Made by a program: the position numbers and the translations under genes | The notes under the pieces: generated by a model | The model's database searches: none | Seen by the model: the letters and a program-made list of their open reading frames with translations, nothing else | What the model was told of the DNA's origin: nothing | Assembly: GCA_021824345.1 (NCBI GenBank) | Contig: JAKAKW010000002.1 | Span: 22,552-86,551, forward strand | Reading direction: 5' to 3' | DNA from: a bacterium | Lineage (GTDB): Bacteria > Patescibacteriota > Minisyncoccia > Phycocordibacterales > UBA9973 | DNA length: 64,000 bases | In this document: one piece after another, positions 62,603 to 64,000 of the stretch | Layout of the letters: every line of letters begins with the position of its first letter | How positions within the stretch are numbered: position 1 is the first letter of the stretch

Positions 62603-64000
62603 ATGGGATCTGAAACAAAAACTTGCCAAAACTGCAAAAAGGATTTCACAATTGAGCCGGAAGACTTTAATTTCTATCAAAAAATGCAGGTTCCTCCGCC
62701 GACCTTCTGCCCGCTCTGCCGGGCGCAGAGACGGTTCGCTTTTAGGAACGAGCGCACTTTATATAAGGTAAAAAGTGCATGGAGCGGCAAGGAAATATTC
62801 TCTATGTTTTCTCCCGCTTCCGGTATTACCGTTTATGAGAATGAAGTCTGGCAGGGAGACGAATGGGATCCTATGAGCTTCGGGCGGGAATATGATTTTT
62901 CAAAATCTTTTTTTGAACAATTTTTTGAGCTTGTGAAAGAAGTTCCATTCAGGAATTTAAACGCCCTTTTTACGGTTAATAGCCCTTACACCAATAACAT
63001 CAGCTATCCGAAGAATAGTTACTTGGTATTCAATGCCAAATCTCCCGAAGACTGTATGTATTCGCATGCTATCAATGATTCAAAATGGTGCGCAGACTGC
63101 TCTCACGTATCGAGGTGCGAATATTGTTACGAATGTTTCTGGACGACTGATTGTTCAAACTGTACTTTTTCATCCAGTTGTGAAAGTTCTTACAATATGA
63201 TGTTCTGCAAAAATTGCTCCTGTTGCCATGACTGTTTCGGATGCGCAAATTTACGCAATGCATCATACTATATTTACAACAAGAAATTCTCCAAGGAAGG
63301 GTATTCCGAAAAAATCAAATCTTTGCAACTCAAGTCATTCAATAATGTTGAAAAGATAAAGAAAGAAGCGGAAGAATTCTGGCTTAAGTTTCCGAATAAA
63401 TACTTGCAAGGGTTTCAGAACACGAAAGTGTCCGGAAACTATATTGAACATTCCAAAGAAGTGCAAAACTCCTTTATGGTTCGCGAAGGACAGAATCTGC
63501 ATTACTGCCAATATCTTCAGGAACTTCCGGGTTGTAAAGATTGTTGGGACTATTCCATCTGGGGAGACAATAGCCAGTTTCTTTATGAATGCCACGCTTC
63601 CGGATTCGGAGCCCAGAATTTAAAATTTTGCCTGTTTGGACAAGAAGACGTACGAGATATGGAATATTGCATATTCTGCACCAGGGGATCCGCTGAGCTT
63701 TTTGGCTGCGTAGGGTTAAAAAAGAAGCAGTATTGCATTTTGAACAAGCAATATTCCAAAGAAGAATATATTGGCTTAGTGAAAAAGATTAAAAAGCAAA
63801 TGGACGAAGTTCCATATGTAGACCAAAAAGGCAGGGTATATAAATACGGAGAATATTTCCCCGTTGAGCTTTCTCCATTTTCATACAACACTACCATGGC
63901 CCAAGAATATTTCCCTATTACCGTAAAAAACGCTGAAGAGGAGGGATACTTTTGGGAAAATGCTGCGGAGAGAAGCTACAACCCTGACTATAAACATACC
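62603..64000 (+). CDS. Cys-rich protein family member P5 (partial, continues beyond the window)
   Basis: Paralog; AAAGAGG ribosome-binding site. N-terminus MGSETKTCQNCKKDFTIEPEDFNFYQKMQVPPPTFCPLCR. Confidence 0.65.
   Translation, partial: MGSETKTCQNCKKDFTIEPEDFNFYQKMQVPPPTFCPLCRAQRRFAFRNERTLYKVKSAWSGKEIFSMFSPASGITVYENEVWQGDEWDPMSFGREYDFSKSFFEQFFELVKEVPFRNLNALFTVNSPYTNNISYPKNSYLVFNAKSPEDCMYSHAINDSKWCADCSHVSRCEYCYECFWTTDCSNCTFSSSCESSYNMMFCKNCSCCHDCFGCANLRNASYYIYNKKFSKEGYSEKIKSLQLKSFNNVEKIKKEAEEFWLKFPNKYLQGFQNTKVSGNYIEHSKEVQNSFMVREGQNLHYCQYLQELPGCKDCWDYSIWGDNSQFLYECHASGFGAQNLKFCLFGQEDVRDMEYCIFCTRGSAELFGCVGLKKKQYCILNKQYSKEEYIGLVKKIKKQMDEVPYVDQKGRVYKYGEYFPVELSPFSYNTTMAQEYFPITVKNAEEEGYFWENAAERSYNPDYKHT

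Overview
This 64 kb window is a bacterial chromosomal segment with two compositionally distinct parts. Bases 1 to about 17300 are AT-rich (roughly 35% GC by eye) and look like a horizontally acquired defence and accessory island. From about 17300 onward the sequence is about 50% GC and carries housekeeping genes: uvrB, uvrA, a short uvrC, fpg, ruvA, rpsT, ruvX, a pyrF-pyrE fusion, an ABC/MFP efflux operon, an ECF sigma factor, five tRNAs and cell-envelope genes. The island holds a Vsr endonuclease, a complete LexA fused to a C5-cytosine methyltransferase, a PD-(D/E)xK nuclease candidate, a type I R-M locus (HsdR, a DUF4145 protein, an HsdM-HsdS fusion, a membrane protein), a radical SAM/SPASM enzyme with a REC-like protein, an AadA-like nucleotidyltransferase, and four paralogous 32-35 codon ORFs whose divergence is mostly synonymous. 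It ends at a tyrosine recombinase next to tRNA-Lys(UUU). Two systems look novel. The first is the small-peptide family bracketing the radical SAM/SPASM operon, which could be a RiPP-like cluster. The second is a family of five paralogous Cys-rich proteins of about 580 aa (one at 27.5 kb, four in tandem from 57.3 kb to the window end), each with internally duplicated N- and C-terminal zinc-ribbon modules. Other notable items are GC-rich palindromic REP-like element families, some sharing 12-mers with tRNA 3' ends and some inserted into gene ends; a 1562-aa repetitive surface protein; a 47-bp direct repeat containing the tRNA-Arg 3' end; and a 13-bp direct repeat flanking a single gene next to tRNA-Ser. 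No rRNA genes or CRISPR arrays were found. The gene content (RuvX, compact uvrABC, giant surface protein) could suit an uncultivated, possibly CPR/Patescibacteria-like bacterium; this is inference only. Coordinates may be off by 1-2 nt in places, and every protein call rests on motifs read by eye, not on database searches.
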